64,000 nt of DNA, taken from the NCBI RefSeq assembly GCF_056712565.1, contig NZ_CM160072.1, one strand, 5' to 3'. The position numbers were made by a program, and so were the translations under genes. Below, piece after piece: positions 1 through 15,662 of the stretch. Within the stretch, counting starts at the first letter, position 1, and each line of letters opens with the position of its first letter. The notes under the pieces are model-generated. The model saw nothing but the letters and a program-made list of their open reading frames with translations, was not told where the DNA came from and ran no database searches.

Positions 1-1125
<1,125 letters not shown>

Positions 1126-1170
1126 TCAACAGCGGAGATCTTTTAAGGATCTCCGCGCGACTAATAGAAT

Positions 1171-1200
1171 GCCTGATGCGCTACGCTTATCAGGCCTACA
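1171..1200. repeat. REP (repetitive extragenic palindromic) element
   Basis: GCCTGATGCGCTACGCTTATCAGGCCTACA consensus-like palindrome between srlD and gutM; a 9-bp-stem hairpin at 1132-1156 precedes it. Confidence 0.8.
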
Positions 1201-1230
1201 GGACTTCCGCCACTACATTACGGAGAAGTT

Positions 1231-1590
1231 ATGGTATCCGCACTCATCACCGTCGCCGTTATCGCCTGGTGTGCGCAACTGGCCTTAGGCGGTTGGCAAA
1301 TTTCTCGTTTTAACCGTGCCTTCGACACGCTATGCCAGCAAGGGAGGGTTGGCGTGGGCCGTTCCAGCGGGCGCTTTAAACCGCGGGTCGTGGTCGCTAT
1401 TGCGCTGGACGATCAGCAGCGCATCGTCGACACCTTGTTTATGAAAGGACTGACCGTCTTCGCCCGACCGCAAAAAATTCCCGCAATTACCGGCATGCAT
1501 GTGGGTGATTTACAGCCCGATGTGATCTTTCCCCATGATCCACTATCACAGAATGCTCTATCATTGGCGCTTAAACTGAAACGTGGATAA
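1231..1590 (+). CDS. gutM: Glucitol operon activator
   Basis: 119-aa ORF with N-terminal hydrophobic segment, matches recalled GutM length and sequence; position between srlD and srlR. Confidence 0.9.
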   Translation: MVSALITVAVIAWCAQLALGGWQISRFNRAFDTLCQQGRVGVGRSSGRFKPRVVVAIALDDQQRIVDTLFMKGLTVFARPQKIPAITGMHVGDLQPDVIFPHDPLSQNALSLALKLKRG

Positions 1591-1656
1591 TTTCGTTGTG
1601 AATGTTACTAGCTTGCGAAGTTATCATTTTGAAACCTAAATCAGGTAATCACGCCC

Positions 1657-2430
1657 ATGAAACCTCGTCAGCGTCAGGCCGCCATTCTGGAGTATCTACA
1701 AAAGCAGGGTAAATGCTCGGTTGAAGAATTGGCGCAATACTTTGACACCACAGGCACAACCATTCGCAAAGATCTGGTCATTCTGGAACATGCCGGAACC
1801 GTCATTCGTACTTATGGCGGCGTGGTGTTGAACAAAGAGGAATCCGATCCGCCTATCGATCATAAAACGCTTATCAACACCCACAAAAAAGAGCTGATTG
1901 CAGAAGCTGCCGTTGGTTTTATTCATGATGGCGACTCAATAATTCTTGATGCTGGCAGTACCGTGTTGCAGATGGTGCCCCTGCTCTCGCGCTTTAATAA
2001 CATCACGGTGATGACCAACAGCCTGCACATCGTCAATGCGCTATCCGAACTGGATAACGAACAAACTATACTGATGCCAGGCGGAACATTTCGCAAAAAA
2101 TCGGCCTCATTTCACGGGCAACTGGCAGAGAATGCCTTCGAGCATTTCACCTTCGATAAATTGTTTATGGGCACCGACGGCATCGATCTCAATGCGGGCG
2201 TAACCACCTTTAACGAGGTCTATACCGTCAGTAAGGCGATGTGTAATGCCGCGCGCGAAGTGATTTTGATGGCTGACTCATCGAAGTTTGGTCGTAAAAG
2301 CCCCAACGTGGTTTGTAGTCTTGAAAGCGTCGATAAGCTGATTACCGACGCAGGTATCGATCCAGCGTTTCGTCAGGCGCTGGAAGAAAAAGGGATCGAC
2401 GTGATCATAACCGGAGAGAGCAATGAGTGA
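1657..2430 (+). CDS. srlR: DeoR-family glucitol operon repressor
   Basis: 257-aa ORF with N-terminal DeoR-type HTH and C-terminal sugar-phosphate sensor domain; matches recalled SrlR. Confidence 0.92.
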   Translation: MKPRQRQAAILEYLQKQGKCSVEELAQYFDTTGTTIRKDLVILEHAGTVIRTYGGVVLNKEESDPPIDHKTLINTHKKELIAEAAVGFIHDGDSIILDAGSTVLQMVPLLSRFNNITVMTNSLHIVNALSELDNEQTILMPGGTFRKKSASFHGQLAENAFEHFTFDKLFMGTDGIDLNAGVTTFNEVYTVSKAMCNAAREVILMADSSKFGRKSPNVVCSLESVDKLITDAGIDPAFRQALEEKGIDVIITGESNE

Positions 2431-3388
2431 AGCACTACTGAACGCGGGACGTCAGACGTTAATGCTGGAGTTGCAGGAAGCAAGCCATTTACCGGAACGT
2501 CTGGGCGATGATTTCGTTCGCGCCGCCAATATCATCCTGCACTGCGAAGGCAAAGTGGTGGTTTCGGGAATTGGCAAATCGGGCCACATTGGTAAGAAAA
2601 TCGCCGCAACGCTTGCCAGCACCGGCACACCGGCTTTTTTTGTCCATCCGGCAGAAGCACTGCACGGCGATCTGGGGATGATTGAAAGCCGCGATGTGAT
2701 GCTGTTTATCTCTTATTCCGGTGGCGCGAAGGAACTGGATCTCATTATTCCGCGTCTGGAAGACAAATCTATCGCGCTGCTGGCAATGACCGGAAAACCG
2801 ACGTCACCGCTGGGCCTGGCGGCGAAAGCGGTGCTGGATATCTCCGTAGAGCGCGAAGCCTGCCCGATGCACCTTGCGCCGACCTCCAGCACCGTGAATA
2901 CCCTGATGATGGGCGACGCGCTGGCGATGGCGGTCATGCAGGCGCGCGGATTTAATGAAGAAGATTTTGCCCGCTCCCACCCAGCCGGGGCACTGGGCGC
3001 TCGCTTGCTGAACAAAGTGCATCATCTTATGCGTCGTGACGATGCCATCCCGCAGGTGGCGTTAACCGCCAGCGTGATGGACGCAATGCTGGAACTTAGC
3101 CGCACCGGTTTAGGTCTGGTGGCAGTGTGCGATGATCAACGACTGGTGAAAGGCGTCTTTACCGACGGTGATTTACGTCGCTGGCTGGTTGGCGGCGGCG
3201 CACTCACCACGCCAGTCAATGAAGCGATGACGGTCGGCGGCACCACGTTGCAATCGCAAAGCCGTGCCATCGACGCCAAAGAAATCCTGATGAAACGCAA
3301 AATCACCGCCGCACCGGTAGTGGATGAAAACGGCAAACTCACCGGCGCAATTAACCTGCAGGATTTCTATCAGGCCGGGATTATTTAA
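2423..3388 (+). CDS. gutQ: D-arabinose 5-phosphate isomerase (SIS domain plus CBS pair)
   Basis: 321-aa ORF overlapping the srlR stop by 8 nt; SIS-domain motif ([14 protein letters not shown]) and C-terminal CBS region; matches recalled GutQ. Confidence 0.92.
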   Translation: MSEALLNAGRQTLMLELQEASHLPERLGDDFVRAANIILHCEGKVVVSGIGKSGHIGKKIAATLASTGTPAFFVHPAEALHGDLGMIESRDVMLFISYSGGAKELDLIIPRLEDKSIALLAMTGKPTSPLGLAAKAVLDISVEREACPMHLAPTSSTVNTLMMGDALAMAVMQARGFNEEDFARSHPAGALGARLLNKVHHLMRRDDAIPQVALTASVMDAMLELSRTGLGLVAVCDDQRLVKGVFTDGDLRRWLVGGGALTTPVNEAMTVGGTTLQSQSRAIDAKEILMKRKITAAPVVDENGKLTGAINLQDFYQAGII

Positions 3389-4899
3389 TCCTTCAGCCCC
3401 AGACGTTTCGCCAGCCGATGCAGGTTGGCGACGTCGGTTTCCAGCATCCGCGCACAGGCGGCCCAGTTGTGATGATTTTGCGCCAGTGCCTGACGAATGG
3501 TTTCACGCTGGAACGCTTCTGTCGCTTCACGCAGGTTTTGCTTAACAACGGGCACCGCCGCCGCTTCTGGCGGCGGCAACGTCACCTCAGGAAAAGCAAA
3601 ATGTTGCGCCTCAAGAATCACTTCATCGCCGCTGCGGGTGGCTCTCGACAATACTACCGCCCGATGAATAGCATGTTCCAGTTCGCGCACGTTTCCCGGA
3701 AAATTGTAGTGTTGCAGTAAATTTCGCGCTCCGGCACTTAATACCACGCGGGAGAGCCCCAGCCGCAAACGACACTGCTCGCAGAAATACCCCGCCAGCA
3801 GAATGACATCATCGCCCCGCTCACGCAGCGGCGGCACTGAAAGTGGAAACACGCTCAGGCGGTGGAACAAGTCAGCGCGAAATCGCCCTGCCAGTACCTC
3901 TTCGCGTAAGTCACGGTTAGTCGCCGCCAGCACGCGCACATCGACCCGCAAACTGCGGTCATCGCCAACGCGTTGAATATCGCCATACTGCAACACCCTC
4001 AGCAGCTTGGCCTGCAATGCCAACGACAACTCGCCGATCTCATCGAGAAACAGCGTGCCGTTATCCGCCATTTCAAACTTCCCGCTGCGGTTACTGATAG
4101 CACCAGTAAACGCCCCTTTCACATGCCCGAACAACTCACTTTCCGCCACACTTTCCGGCAGTGCGGCACAGTTGAGATAGACCAGCGGATTCACCGCCCG
4201 TGGCGAGGCTTCATGAATCGCTTTCGCCACCAGCTCCTTACCGGTTCCCGTCTCACCGCTAATTAAAACGTTGAGATCGGATGCCGCCACAATCTCAATC
4301 TCTTTTTTCAATTGCGTCATGCCAGGGGACAAACCAATCATCTGCGTCTGTTTCACCGCTTCAAACGGCGCGGCATCGCCTGGCAGCATATTCTGGCTTT
4401 CCAGTTGTTCAATCAGCAATGCATTGCTTAACGCTCCCGCCGCCAGTGCGGCAATCAGCCGTAGCTCTTCGTCGCTGAAAACATCGAACTGATCGGGCTG
4501 CATCCCGTCGAGCGTCAAGGCACCGATCAGGTTTTGCCCGGCAAACAACGGCAAACCAACGCAGGCGTGAACCTTCAGACTCTCCTGCCCTGGAATCAAA
4601 CCGTCATAAGGATCGGGCAATTCGCTGTCTGCGGGAAAGCGCACCACATCACCCGCGCGGGCAATCGCTTCCAGCCGTGGATGACCTTCCAGCGCAAAGC
4701 GTCTACCGAGTACATCCTTCGCCAGCCCGTCGATGGCAAGCGGAATAAACTGCCGCGAGTCGTAACGTAGCAACGCAGACGCATCGCACTCCAGCACCTG
4801 ACGCAGCGTGGTGATCAGGCGCTGAAAACGATCCTGATGACCAATCCCACGCTGCAATTCGATGGCGATATTCGCCAGCACATCAACGGAAAAACTCAT
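3385..4899 (-). CDS. norR: Sigma54-dependent nitric-oxide-responsive transcriptional activator (GAF-AAA+-HTH)
   Basis: 504-aa ORF with sigma54-interaction AAA+ motifs ([14 protein letters not shown]) and C-terminal HTH; divergent from norVW. Confidence 0.93.
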   Translation of the reverse strand: MSFSVDVLANIAIELQRGIGHQDRFQRLITTLRQVLECDASALLRYDSRQFIPLAIDGLAKDVLGRRFALEGHPRLEAIARAGDVVRFPADSELPDPYDGLIPGQESLKVHACVGLPLFAGQNLIGALTLDGMQPDQFDVFSDEELRLIAALAAGALSNALLIEQLESQNMLPGDAAPFEAVKQTQMIGLSPGMTQLKKEIEIVAASDLNVLISGETGTGKELVAKAIHEASPRAVNPLVYLNCAALPESVAESELFGHVKGAFTGAISNRSGKFEMADNGTLFLDEIGELSLALQAKLLRVLQYGDIQRVGDDRSLRVDVRVLAATNRDLREEVLAGRFRADLFHRLSVFPLSVPPLRERGDDVILLAGYFCEQCRLRLGLSRVVLSAGARNLLQHYNFPGNVRELEHAIHRAVVLSRATRSGDEVILEAQHFAFPEVTLPPPEAAAVPVVKQNLREATEAFQRETIRQALAQNHHNWAACARMLETDVANLHRLAKRLGLKD

Positions 4900-4911
4900 C
4901 TTTGCCTCACT

Positions 4912-4967
4912 GTCAATTTGACTATAGATATTGTCATATCGACCATTTTATTGATAGTCATTTTGAC
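4912..4967. promoter_or_regulatory. Three NorR enhancer sites (GT-N7-AC) in the norR-norV intergenic region
   Basis: GTCAATTTGAC (4912-4922), GTCATATCGAC (4933-4943), GTCATTTTGAC (4957-4967): three inverted-repeat GT-N7-AC motifs, the established NorR binding architecture. Confidence 0.85.
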
Positions 4968-5022
4968 TACTCATTAATGAGCACAATTTTATTTATAGAG
5001 TAAAAACAATTAGATAAAAAAC

Positions 5023-5038
5023 TGGCACGCAATCTGCA
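5023..5038 (+). promoter_or_regulatory. Sigma54 (-24/-12) promoter of norVW
   Basis: TGGCACGCAATCTGCA: GG and GC elements at canonical spacing, ~48 nt upstream of the norV ATG and downstream of the NorR sites. Confidence 0.85.
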
Positions 5039-5085
5039 ATTAGCAAGACATCTTTTTAGAACACGCTGAATAAATTGAGGTTGCT

Positions 5086-6525
5086 ATGTCTATTGTGGTG
5101 AAAAATAACATTCATTGGGTTGGTCAACGTGACTGGGAAGTGCGTGATTTTCACGGTACAGAATATAAAACGCTGCGCGGCAGCAGCTACAACAGCTACC
5201 TCATCCGCGAAGAAAAAAACGTGCTGATCGACACCGTCGACCATAAATTCAGCCGCGAATTTGTGCAGAACCTGCGTAATGAAATCGATCTGGCGGATAT
5301 CGATTACATCGTAATTAACCATGCTGAAGAGGACCACGCCGGGGCGCTGACCGAACTGATGGCACAAATTCCCGATACGCCGATCTACTGTACTGCCAAC
5401 GCTATCGACTCGATAAATGGTCATCACCATCATCCGGAGTGGAATTTTAATGTAGTGAAAACTGGCGACACGCTGGATATCGGCAACGGCAAACAACTCA
5501 TTTTTGTCGAAACGCCAATGCTGCACTGGCCGGACAGCATGATGACTTACCTGACAGGCGACGCGGTGCTGTTCAGTAACGATGCTTTCGGTCAGCACTA
5601 CTGCGACGAGCATCTGTTCAACGATGAAGTGGATCAGACTGAGCTTTTCGAGCAGTGCCAGCGTTACTACGCCAATATCCTGACGCCGTTCAGCCGCCTG
5701 GTAACGCCGAAAATTACCGAGATCCTGGGCTTTAACTTGCCAGTCGATATGATAGCGACCTCTCACGGCGTGGTATGGCGCGATAACCCGACGCAAATTG
5801 TCGAGCTGTACCTGAAATGGGCGGCGGATTATCAGGAAGACAGAATCACCATTGTCTACGACACCATGTCGAATAACACCCGCATGATGGCTGACGCTAT
5901 CGCCCAGGGGATTGCGGAAACCGACCCACGCGTGGCGGTGAAAATTTTCAACGTCGCCCGAAGCGATAAAAACGAAATCCTGACCAATGTCTTCCGCTCA
6001 AAAGGCGTACTGGTCGGCACTTCTACGATGAATAATGTGATGATGCCGAAAATCGCCGGGCTGGTGGAGGAGATGACCGGATTACGCTTCCGTAACAAAC
6101 GCGCCAGCGCTTTCGGCTCTCACGGCTGGAGCGGCGGTGCGGTGGATCGTCTTTCCACGCGCCTGCAGGATGCGGGTTTCGAAATGTCGCTTAGCCTGAA
6201 AGCCAAATGGCGACCAGACCAGGACGCTCTGGAGTTATGTCGTGAACACGGTCGCGAAATCGCCCGTCAGTGGGCGCTCGCGCCGCTGCCACAGAGCACG
6301 GTGAATACGGTGGTTGAAGAAGAAACCTCTGCCGCCACGACGGCTGACCTCGGCCCACGGATGCAATGCAGCGTCTGCCAGTGGATTTACGATCCGGCAA
6401 AAGGCGAGCCAATGCAGGACGTTGCGCCAGGAACGCCGTGGAGTGAAGTCCCGGATAACTTCCTGTGCCCGGAATGCTCTCTCGGCAAAGACGTCTTTGA
6501 CGAACTGGCATCGGAGGCAAAATGA
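5086..6525 (+). CDS. norV: Anaerobic nitric oxide reductase flavorubredoxin
   Basis: 479-aa ORF with metallo-beta-lactamase-like di-iron domain, flavodoxin domain and C-terminal rubredoxin Cys pairs (CSVC...CPEC); matches recalled NorV. Confidence 0.94.
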   Translation: MSIVVKNNIHWVGQRDWEVRDFHGTEYKTLRGSSYNSYLIREEKNVLIDTVDHKFSREFVQNLRNEIDLADIDYIVINHAEEDHAGALTELMAQIPDTPIYCTANAIDSINGHHHHPEWNFNVVKTGDTLDIGNGKQLIFVETPMLHWPDSMMTYLTGDAVLFSNDAFGQHYCDEHLFNDEVDQTELFEQCQRYYANILTPFSRLVTPKITEILGFNLPVDMIATSHGVVWRDNPTQIVELYLKWAADYQEDRITIVYDTMSNNTRMMADAIAQGIAETDPRVAVKIFNVARSDKNEILTNVFRSKGVLVGTSTMNNVMMPKIAGLVEEMTGLRFRNKRASAFGSHGWSGGAVDRLSTRLQDAGFEMSLSLKAKWRPDQDALELCREHGREIARQWALAPLPQSTVNTVVEEETSAATTADLGPRMQCSVCQWIYDPAKGEPMQDVAPGTPWSEVPDNFLCPECSLGKDVFDELASEAK

Positions 6526-7655
6526 GCAACGGCATTGTGATCATTGGTTCGGGCTTCGCCGCCCGCCAACTGGTGAAAAATATTCGCAAACAGGACGCCA
6601 GTATTCCATTAACCCTGATTGCCGCCGACAGCATGGATGAGTACAACAAACCTGACCTCAGCCATGTTATCAGTCAGGGGCAACGTGCCGACGACCTTAC
6701 CCGCCAGACGGCAGGTGAATTTGCCGAGCAGTTTAATCTGCGCCTGTTTCCGCACACCTGGGTAACGGATATCGATGCCGAAGCCCATGTGGTGAAAAGT
6801 CAGAATAATCAGTGGCAATACGACAAGTTAGTGCTGGCAACCGGTGCCAGCGCCTTTGTCCCGCCAGTGCCCGGGCGTGAGTTAATGCTGACGTTAAATA
6901 GTCAGCAAGAGTATCGCGCCTGTGAAACGCAACTGCGGGATGCCCGACGCGTGTTGATTGTCGGCGGTGGTTTGATTGGTAGTGAACTGGCGATGGATTT
7001 TTGTCGGGCAGGCAAAGCGGTCACGCTAATCGACAACGCTGCCAGTATTCTGGCGTCGTTAATGCCACCGGAAGTCAGCAGCCGCTTGCAGCATCGGTTG
7101 ACGGAGATGGGCGTTCATCTGCTGTTGAAATCTCAGTTGCAGGGACTAGAAAAAACAGATTCTGGCATTCTGGCAACGCTGGACCGCCAGCGCTGCATCG
7201 AAGTGGATGCGGTAATTGCCGCCACCGGACTGCGCCCGGAAACCGCCCTGGCACGACGCGCCGGGCTGACGATTAATCGCGGCGTTTGCGTCGATAGTTA
7301 TCTGCAAACCAGTAATGCCGATATTTATGCGCTGGGCGATTGCGCGGAAATTAACGGTCAGGTATTGCCGTTCCTCCAGCCGATTCAACTTAGCGCGATG
7401 GTGCTGGCAAAAAATCTTCTCGGCAATAACACGCCGCTGAAACTCCCGGCGATGCTGGTGAAAATCAAAACGCCGGAATTACCGCTGCATCTGGCAGGCG
7501 AAACCCAGCGTCAGGATTTACGCTGGCAAATTAATACCGAACGCCAGGGAATGGTGGCGCGCGGCGTTGACGATGCTGACCAGCTTCGCGCCTTTGTGGT
7601 CAGTGAGGATCGGATGAAAGAGGCATTTGGATTGTTGAAAACGTTGTCGATGTAG
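6522..7655 (+). CDS. norW: NADH:flavorubredoxin reductase
   Basis: 377-aa ORF overlapping the norV stop by 4 nt; FAD/NAD-binding GxGxxG motifs ([16 protein letters not shown]). Confidence 0.93.
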   Translation: MSNGIVIIGSGFAARQLVKNIRKQDASIPLTLIAADSMDEYNKPDLSHVISQGQRADDLTRQTAGEFAEQFNLRLFPHTWVTDIDAEAHVVKSQNNQWQYDKLVLATGASAFVPPVPGRELMLTLNSQQEYRACETQLRDARRVLIVGGGLIGSELAMDFCRAGKAVTLIDNAASILASLMPPEVSSRLQHRLTEMGVHLLLKSQLQGLEKTDSGILATLDRQRCIEVDAVIAATGLRPETALARRAGLTINRGVCVDSYLQTSNADIYALGDCAEINGQVLPFLQPIQLSAMVLAKNLLGNNTPLKLPAMLVKIKTPELPLHLAGETQRQDLRWQINTERQGMVARGVDDADQLRAFVVSEDRMKEAFGLLKTLSM

Positions 7656-7674
7656 GCGAGCTACAGTGCCCCAA

Positions 7675-7855
7675 ATGTCGGATGCGGCGCTGACGCGTCT
7701 TATCCGACCTACAGGGAACGCATGTGTTGATCACATAATACGTTTATGTCGCATCCTGCACTGTCCCAAAATGTCGGATGCGACGCTGGCGCGTCTTATC
7801 CGACCTGCGGGGATGAATATGTAGGCCGGATAAGGCGTTCACGCCGCATCCGGCA
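7675..7855. repeat. BIME: cluster of three REP elements between convergent norW and hypF
   Basis: Three copies of the ATGTCGGATGCG...CGTCTTATCCGACCT / GCCGGATAAGGCG REP-type palindrome at ~7675-7713, 7771-7810 and 7820-7855. Confidence 0.85.
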
Positions 7856-7878
7856 ATGGTGTCCAAATGCAGCACGTT

Positions 7879-10131
7879 TTATCCGTTCTGGACTTCCCCT
7901 GCCAACCAACGCGCCGCAACAATAACCCCCTGCCCCAGAGACAACCCGCCATCGCCCGCAGGTAAACTTTGTGGGAAGAGCAACGTAAAATCAGCAAGAT
8001 AATGCGCCAGACGTGCACGCAGCAAACAGTTATGAATAACTCCGCCGCTAAATACCAGCGTAGTGATACCCCGCATCGTGGCCTGCTCACGCATCAACGC
8101 GGCAAAACCCTGCGCCAGCGCATCATGAAACGCCCACGCGCGTTGATTAACCGGAGCCTGCCAGCTCAGCCACTGCTGCCAGAAAGTGGCGAGATCCAGT
8201 TGATTGTCCACCAGCGGCATCGTCACCGGATGCGTCACGCCGTGGCACGAAGCCGCCAGCGCCTCCAGCGCACAAGCCGCTTCACCTTCATAACTTAACG
8301 TGGCTGGCGCACAGCCCAGCGCCGCCGCTACGGCATCGAACAAACGTCCACACGACGATGCCAGCGGCGCGTTAATTCCACGCTCAATAGCCCGCGCCAG
8401 CACGCTCCAGTTTTGCTGTTGCACACTTGCCGTTTCAGAGTAATTCTGCCACTCCGGCACAAAGCGCAGGCACTGCGCCAGCAGGTTTCGCCACGGCTGC
8501 TTCGCAGCCAAATCGCCCCCCGGAAGCGCCACTGCGGGCAAGCCGCCCAGGTGCTGGCATTCGCGATAGTTCACCCGCAAGCACTCGCCGCCCCACAAAG
8601 CGCCGTTCTCCCCCATACCAATACCGTCGAGCGTCAACGCAATGACATCTCCGCCATCCAGAGGCCAGAGGTGTTCTGCCAGACACGCCGCTGCGTGGGC
8701 ATGATGATGCAGCACCGTTTGCGTCGGCAGATTCATCTCACGCGCCCACTGGCTGGAGACATAGCCCGGATGCGCGTCATGCACAACGTATTGCGGAGTG
8801 AAATCGTAGATGTTTTGCATCAGGCGTAACGCTTCGCGCCACTGCATCTGGATGCCATCGTCACTTAAATCGCCCAGATGCTGACTCAACACCGCTTGTT
8901 CGCCGCGCACCAGGCAGAAGGTATTTTTCAGATCCGCGCCGAGACACAGCACAGGCGGAACATTTTTAAAGCCCGGAGGCAAAGCCAGCGCATCCGGCAC
9001 ATACCCCCGCGAACGGCGCAGCATTTCGCCGCTTTCGCGCACCACCGAATCATCCATCCGCTGCACGATGTCGCGGTTATGTATCAAGAATCCGTCGGCA
9101 ATGCCCTGCAAATCCGCCAGCGCCTGTTCGTTGCTGATAGCCGGTGGTTTACCGCTCAGGTTGCCGGAGGTCATCACCAGCGGGCATTGCAGTTCCTGTA
9201 ACAGCAAATGCTGGAGCGGGTTCGCAGGCAACATTACCCCGACTTCGTTAAGGTCAGGGGCGATATCATCACAAAGCTCAGGTACATATTTTTTATCCAC
9301 CAGCACAATCGGCGCGGCGGGCGTGGTAAGCAACTGGCGCGCAGCGTCTGGTAAACCGTCAGCCACTGGCAACATGACCGCCAGCGGTTTCGCCGGGCGA
9401 TGTTTGCGCGCCCGAAGTGTCGCCACCGCGTTACTGTTACGTGCATCGCAGGCAAGATGAAATCCGCCAATCCCTTTGATGGCGACAATGTTGCCCATTT
9501 TTAACTGTGCGATAGCTGCCTGTAATGCCGCCTCTTGTTCTGCATGTTCACCATGACTTACCCATTCAAGATGGGGGCCACACTCCGGGCAGGCCACCGG
9601 CTGGGCGTGGAAGCGACGATCGAGCGGGTCACAGTACTCTTTGTCACAAGCCGGACACAGCGGAAACGCCGCCATCACGGTAAACGGGCGGTCGTAAGGC
9701 ATGGCGCGAATAATGGTGAAACGCGGACCACAGTGAGTACAGTTGATAAACGGATAACGCCAGCGTCGTTCGCCTGGGGTATTCATTTCGGCAAGACAAG
9801 CAGGGCAAGTCGCGGCATCGGGAACAATTTGCGTATTCATGACGCCACCCGCGCTCTGGCGGATGGTGAACTCAGTGGGCAGTTGTGACCAGATAAACGG
9901 CTCACGCTCGACGCTATCAATACGCGCCAGTGGCGGGCAGTGCTGATGCAATTGAACAAGAAACGTTTCCGGATCTTCCAGCAGCCGGACTTCTACGCCA
10001 TCGCCGTCATTACAGACATCGCCGTGAAGATTTAATTGCTGTGCCAGTTGCCAGACAAACGGACGAAAACCGACGCCCTGCACTTTGCCACGAATACGCA
10101 GTTGGACACCGCAAGATGTGTTTTTTGCCAT
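7879..10131 (-). CDS. hypF: [NiFe]-hydrogenase maturation carbamoyltransferase HypF
   Basis: ORF track gives 774 aa from an upstream start; recalled HypF begins [22 protein letters not shown] (750 aa), placing the start at 10131. Acylphosphatase domain, zinc-finger Cys pairs and YrdC/Kae1-like regions present. Confidence 0.9.
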   Translation of the reverse strand: MAKNTSCGVQLRIRGKVQGVGFRPFVWQLAQQLNLHGDVCNDGDGVEVRLLEDPETFLVQLHQHCPPLARIDSVEREPFIWSQLPTEFTIRQSAGGVMNTQIVPDAATCPACLAEMNTPGERRWRYPFINCTHCGPRFTIIRAMPYDRPFTVMAAFPLCPACDKEYCDPLDRRFHAQPVACPECGPHLEWVSHGEHAEQEAALQAAIAQLKMGNIVAIKGIGGFHLACDARNSNAVATLRARKHRPAKPLAVMLPVADGLPDAARQLLTTPAAPIVLVDKKYVPELCDDIAPDLNEVGVMLPANPLQHLLLQELQCPLVMTSGNLSGKPPAISNEQALADLQGIADGFLIHNRDIVQRMDDSVVRESGEMLRRSRGYVPDALALPPGFKNVPPVLCLGADLKNTFCLVRGEQAVLSQHLGDLSDDGIQMQWREALRLMQNIYDFTPQYVVHDAHPGYVSSQWAREMNLPTQTVLHHHAHAAACLAEHLWPLDGGDVIALTLDGIGMGENGALWGGECLRVNYRECQHLGGLPAVALPGGDLAAKQPWRNLLAQCLRFVPEWQNYSETASVQQQNWSVLARAIERGINAPLASSCGRLFDAVAAALGCAPATLSYEGEAACALEALAASCHGVTHPVTMPLVDNQLDLATFWQQWLSWQAPVNQRAWAFHDALAQGFAALMREQATMRGITTLVFSGGVIHNCLLRARLAHYLADFTLLFPQSLPAGDGGLSLGQGVIVAARWLAGEVQNG

Positions 10132-10283
10132 TGAGTTATTCCCGCCATCATGAATTGCGTAACCCGCCCAGCCGGACACGACAGCGTCGCATCCGGCAGT
10201 CACAGGTCGGCGATACTGCCCGCTTCGTATTCTACGAATATTTCCGGGAATTCCTTTGATACCAGAACAGTTCTGTAAGATTT

Positions 10284-10811
10284 TTAGAACATCAGCGCCG
10301 TGCGGCGGCGTTTTTCTGCGCTCAGTTGTTCAAGTTTATTACGATCGACACAAATCAGCGCATGGGTCGGGCAAGCCGCCATACACGCCGGGCCGTCTTC
10401 ACGATGGTTGCACAGGTCGCATTTATTGGCTTCGGCTTTGTCAGCCCGTACATTCAGCCCTGCGCCGCTGTTGCGAATCACCGGACGCACCACCACTTCC
10501 ATCGCACCATACGGGCAAGCCACAACGCAGGTTTTGCAACCAATACAACGTTCCTGCATGACATGAACAAACCCTTTATCACGGCTGATAGCACCATTCG
10601 GGCAGACGTTAGCGCACGGTGCATCTTCACACTGACGGCAAACTGTCGCCGTGGAAATGTTCACACCTTTAATGACATGGATACGCGGTAAAAATGTTTC
10701 CGGGGTCAGCGATGCACAGTCCTGATTTTCCTGATGAGAAACCACGCACGCTACTTCACAGGTACGGCAACCAATACATTTACTCGCGTCAGCAATGATG
10801 AAACGGTTCAT
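10284..10811 (-). CDS. hydN: Formate-dependent electron-transport ferredoxin-type protein (4Fe-4S)
   Basis: Multiple CxxCxxCxxxCP clusters; recalled HydN begins [12 protein letters not shown] (175 aa), so start set at 10811 rather than the ORF-track 10826. Confidence 0.9.
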   Translation of the reverse strand: MNRFIIADASKCIGCRTCEVACVVSHQENQDCASLTPETFLPRIHVIKGVNISTATVCRQCEDAPCANVCPNGAISRDKGFVHVMQERCIGCKTCVVACPYGAMEVVVRPVIRNSGAGLNVRADKAEANKCDLCNHREDGPACMAACPTHALICVDRNKLEQLSAEKRRRTALMF

Positions 10812-10916
10812 CAAATTCTCCAGCAATAACAGTTAATGCGCCGATACATTCACAAATCATGCCAGTTTTTAATTTACTGTTATTTAAGGAAATTAAATTC
10901 TGTACTACAGGAAAAA

Positions 10917-10947
10917 CGATGTCATCGACACTAGTGACGATGACATG
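10917..10947 (-). promoter_or_regulatory. Candidate FhlA-type upstream activating sequence for hydN-hypF
   Basis: Inverted repeat CGATGTCATCGACACTAGTGACGATGACATG ~110 bp upstream of hydN, resembling the TGTCGACA-type UAS in the hyc-hyp intergenic region; a weak -24/-12-like element (TGGCATGATTTGTGA) lies at ~10850-10866. Confidence 0.55.
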
Positions 10948-10959
10948 TGATGGCAATGT

Positions 10960-11970
10960 TTATCGCGAAAGAGCAATGAGTGAGCCGCGGCGGATTAGTT
11001 TTCCGCTGAAGGTTTTCGGCGGTGAGAAATCCCCGCCATCGAGCATAAAAATCAGCCGTCCAATAATTTCCTGAATCATCTCAGTCACCGGAATTTTTAC
11101 GCTGGAGAGCGCCGGAACGATGTAGGGGGCAATAGCGATATCATCGAATCCGATAACTGACACCTGCTCTGGCACCGCTACGCCGCGCTCGTGTAACGCT
11201 TTGATCGCACCTATCGCCATATCGTCGTTACTGGCAACTAACGCGCTAAATTTAGCCCCACGTTCGAGCAACGTTTCTACCCCTTCGGCACCGCTGGCGG
11301 GCGTCCATTTACCGTTAGCGATAAGTTTTTCATTGAACGCAATACCATGCTGCGCCAGCGCGTCTTTATATCCGGCAAGACGTTCAATGCTGGTGGGGGA
11401 ATCCATCGAGCCGGTAAGGAAAGCAATCTCCTGATGTCCGGCGGTTATCAACTCTGCCACGGCGTTAAAGCTGGTCTGTTTATGATCGCACCAGACGCTA
11501 TGGCTGCTGTTTTTGCGCAGGCGGCGATTAAGCACCATTATCGGCTGACTGTGTGCGTCAATGATGTCATCAATCTCATCCACGCTTAAAAAGCGCGGGT
11601 AAATCATGATGGCGTCGCAGCGCAAATCCAGCAGATACTGAATCGCCTGGCGCTCTTCTTCGGCGCTATGTTTACCATCTGCCAATAGCAACTGTCGCCC
11701 TTTCTCTTCCGCCATTCGCGCGGCATGAAACAGTAATTCACTAAAATAAATGCCATGGTAAAGCGTGTTGGTCACGACCAGCCCCAGCGTCTGAGTACTC
11801 TTCGCCGACAGATTGCGCGCCAGCAAGTTTGGACGGTAACCGCTCTCTTCTACCGCCTGAAACACGCGATCTTTAGTCTCCTGGCTGACGTAGCCATTAC
11901 CTGAAAGCACGCGGGAAACGGTCGCTTTTGAAACCCCGGCGCGCTTCGCCACTTCCAGCATCGTCGTCAT
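10960..11970 (-). CDS. ascG: LacI-family repressor of the cryptic asc operon
   Basis: N-terminal LacI-type HTH (MLEVAKRAGVSKATVSRVL) plus periplasmic-binding-protein-like domain; start placed at MTTMLEV (336 aa); divergent from ascFB. Confidence 0.88.
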   Translation of the reverse strand: MTTMLEVAKRAGVSKATVSRVLSGNGYVSQETKDRVFQAVEESGYRPNLLARNLSAKSTQTLGLVVTNTLYHGIYFSELLFHAARMAEEKGRQLLLADGKHSAEEERQAIQYLLDLRCDAIMIYPRFLSVDEIDDIIDAHSQPIMVLNRRLRKNSSHSVWCDHKQTSFNAVAELITAGHQEIAFLTGSMDSPTSIERLAGYKDALAQHGIAFNEKLIANGKWTPASGAEGVETLLERGAKFSALVASNDDMAIGAIKALHERGVAVPEQVSVIGFDDIAIAPYIVPALSSVKIPVTEMIQEIIGRLIFMLDGGDFSPPKTFSGKLIRRGSLIALSR

Positions 11971-12057
11971 CATTTTCATCCCTTTACACGCAATCAACGC
12001 AGTGTACTGCACCGTTTGCCGATTGTCCTTGCGCAATCGGCGGGAAAAATATTCAGG

Positions 12058-12144
12058 TGACCGGTTTCACAAATATAAAAAATGAACAATTAACTCTCTT
12101 GCTTATTGCATGTTAACTATTCATGATTTTGTGAAACCGGTTTC
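12058..12144. promoter_or_regulatory. Pair of palindromic LacI-family operators in the ascG-ascF divergent region
   Basis: TGACCGGTTTCA (12058-12069) and TGAAACCGGTTTC (12132-12144): near-perfect palindromes centred on CCGG, typical GalR/LacI-family operators. Confidence 0.75.
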
Positions 12145-12229
12145 CCAATTCCGTTTCAGCATCGGCATTTTTCCGTCACGTCGACTGATAACAACTACAT
12201 CTACCCTACTGATAACAGGATAAAATCCG

Positions 12230-15120
<2,891 letters not shown>

Positions 15121-15128
15121 GTAACCGT

Positions 15129-15192
15129 GCCGGATGCGGCGTGAACGCCTTATCCGGCCTACAAGGCCCGATAAGCGTTGCGCATCGGGCAA
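15129..15192. repeat. REP element pair downstream of ascB
   Basis: GCCGGATGCGGCGTGAACGCCTTATCCGGCCTACA followed by GGCCCGATAAGCGTTGCGCATCGGGCAA; REP-type palindromes. Confidence 0.8.
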
Positions 15193-15217
15193 TCTTGGGT
15201 TTGGCATCAGTCAAAAA

Positions 15218-15637
15218 TCAAAGAAACCATTCCGGCTTAACGCCAAATCGGGCTGAAAGTGCCTTAATGTGGGATATCGTCAGGGAACGTTGTCCAGATA
15301 AAATCTGACTGACCAGGGATTTAGAGCCGATTTCGTTCTTCAAATCCGCATAGGTCAGATTATGTTGATCAATCAGCGTACGAAGTAACGCCACGCCAAC
15401 CGGCATTGCTGCAACGGCTTTGTCGAACTCTGCAAACTTTTCGTTATTGTTTTCATATTCTGCAATGCGGCTCGCCAGAAAGTCGATAAGTGGATTGGTA
15501 TCATCTTCTTCAATCAAATATTCGACCAGTTCCAGTGCTTCACGATAATCATCTTCTGAGTCACTGCCTCCCAGAAAGGGGACTGCATTGACCAGTTCTC
15601 TTGTTGCTTTAACAGCGCGTGCAGCATTAGCAGTCAT
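15218..15637 (-). CDS. HigA-family antitoxin-like protein with C-terminal XRE-type HTH
   Basis: 139-aa ORF; C-terminal HTH (EIGSKSLVSQILSGQRSLTISHIKALSARFGV) and acidic helical N-domain resemble recalled E. coli HigA (YgjM) at roughly half identity by eye. Lies in a segment between ascB and hycI that I do not recall in K-12. Confidence 0.75.
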   Translation of the reverse strand: MTANAARAVKATRELVNAVPFLGGSDSEDDYREALELVEYLIEEDDTNPLIDFLASRIAEYENNNEKFAEFDKAVAAMPVGVALLRTLIDQHNLTYADLKNEIGSKSLVSQILSGQRSLTISHIKALSARFGVKPEWFL

Positions 15638-15662
15638 TCTTTGTTCTCTCTGTAGTATCGTG

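Noticed and set aside
10812-12036. N-terminal extensions in the ORF track (ascG 358 aa, hydN 180 aa, hypF 774 aa, cysH 295 aa, queD 149 aa, surE 268 aa and others)
   Set aside because: Several ORF-track starts are non-ATG codons or upstream in-frame ATGs lacking a ribosome-binding site; starts were moved to the conserved N-termini that match recalled protein lengths.
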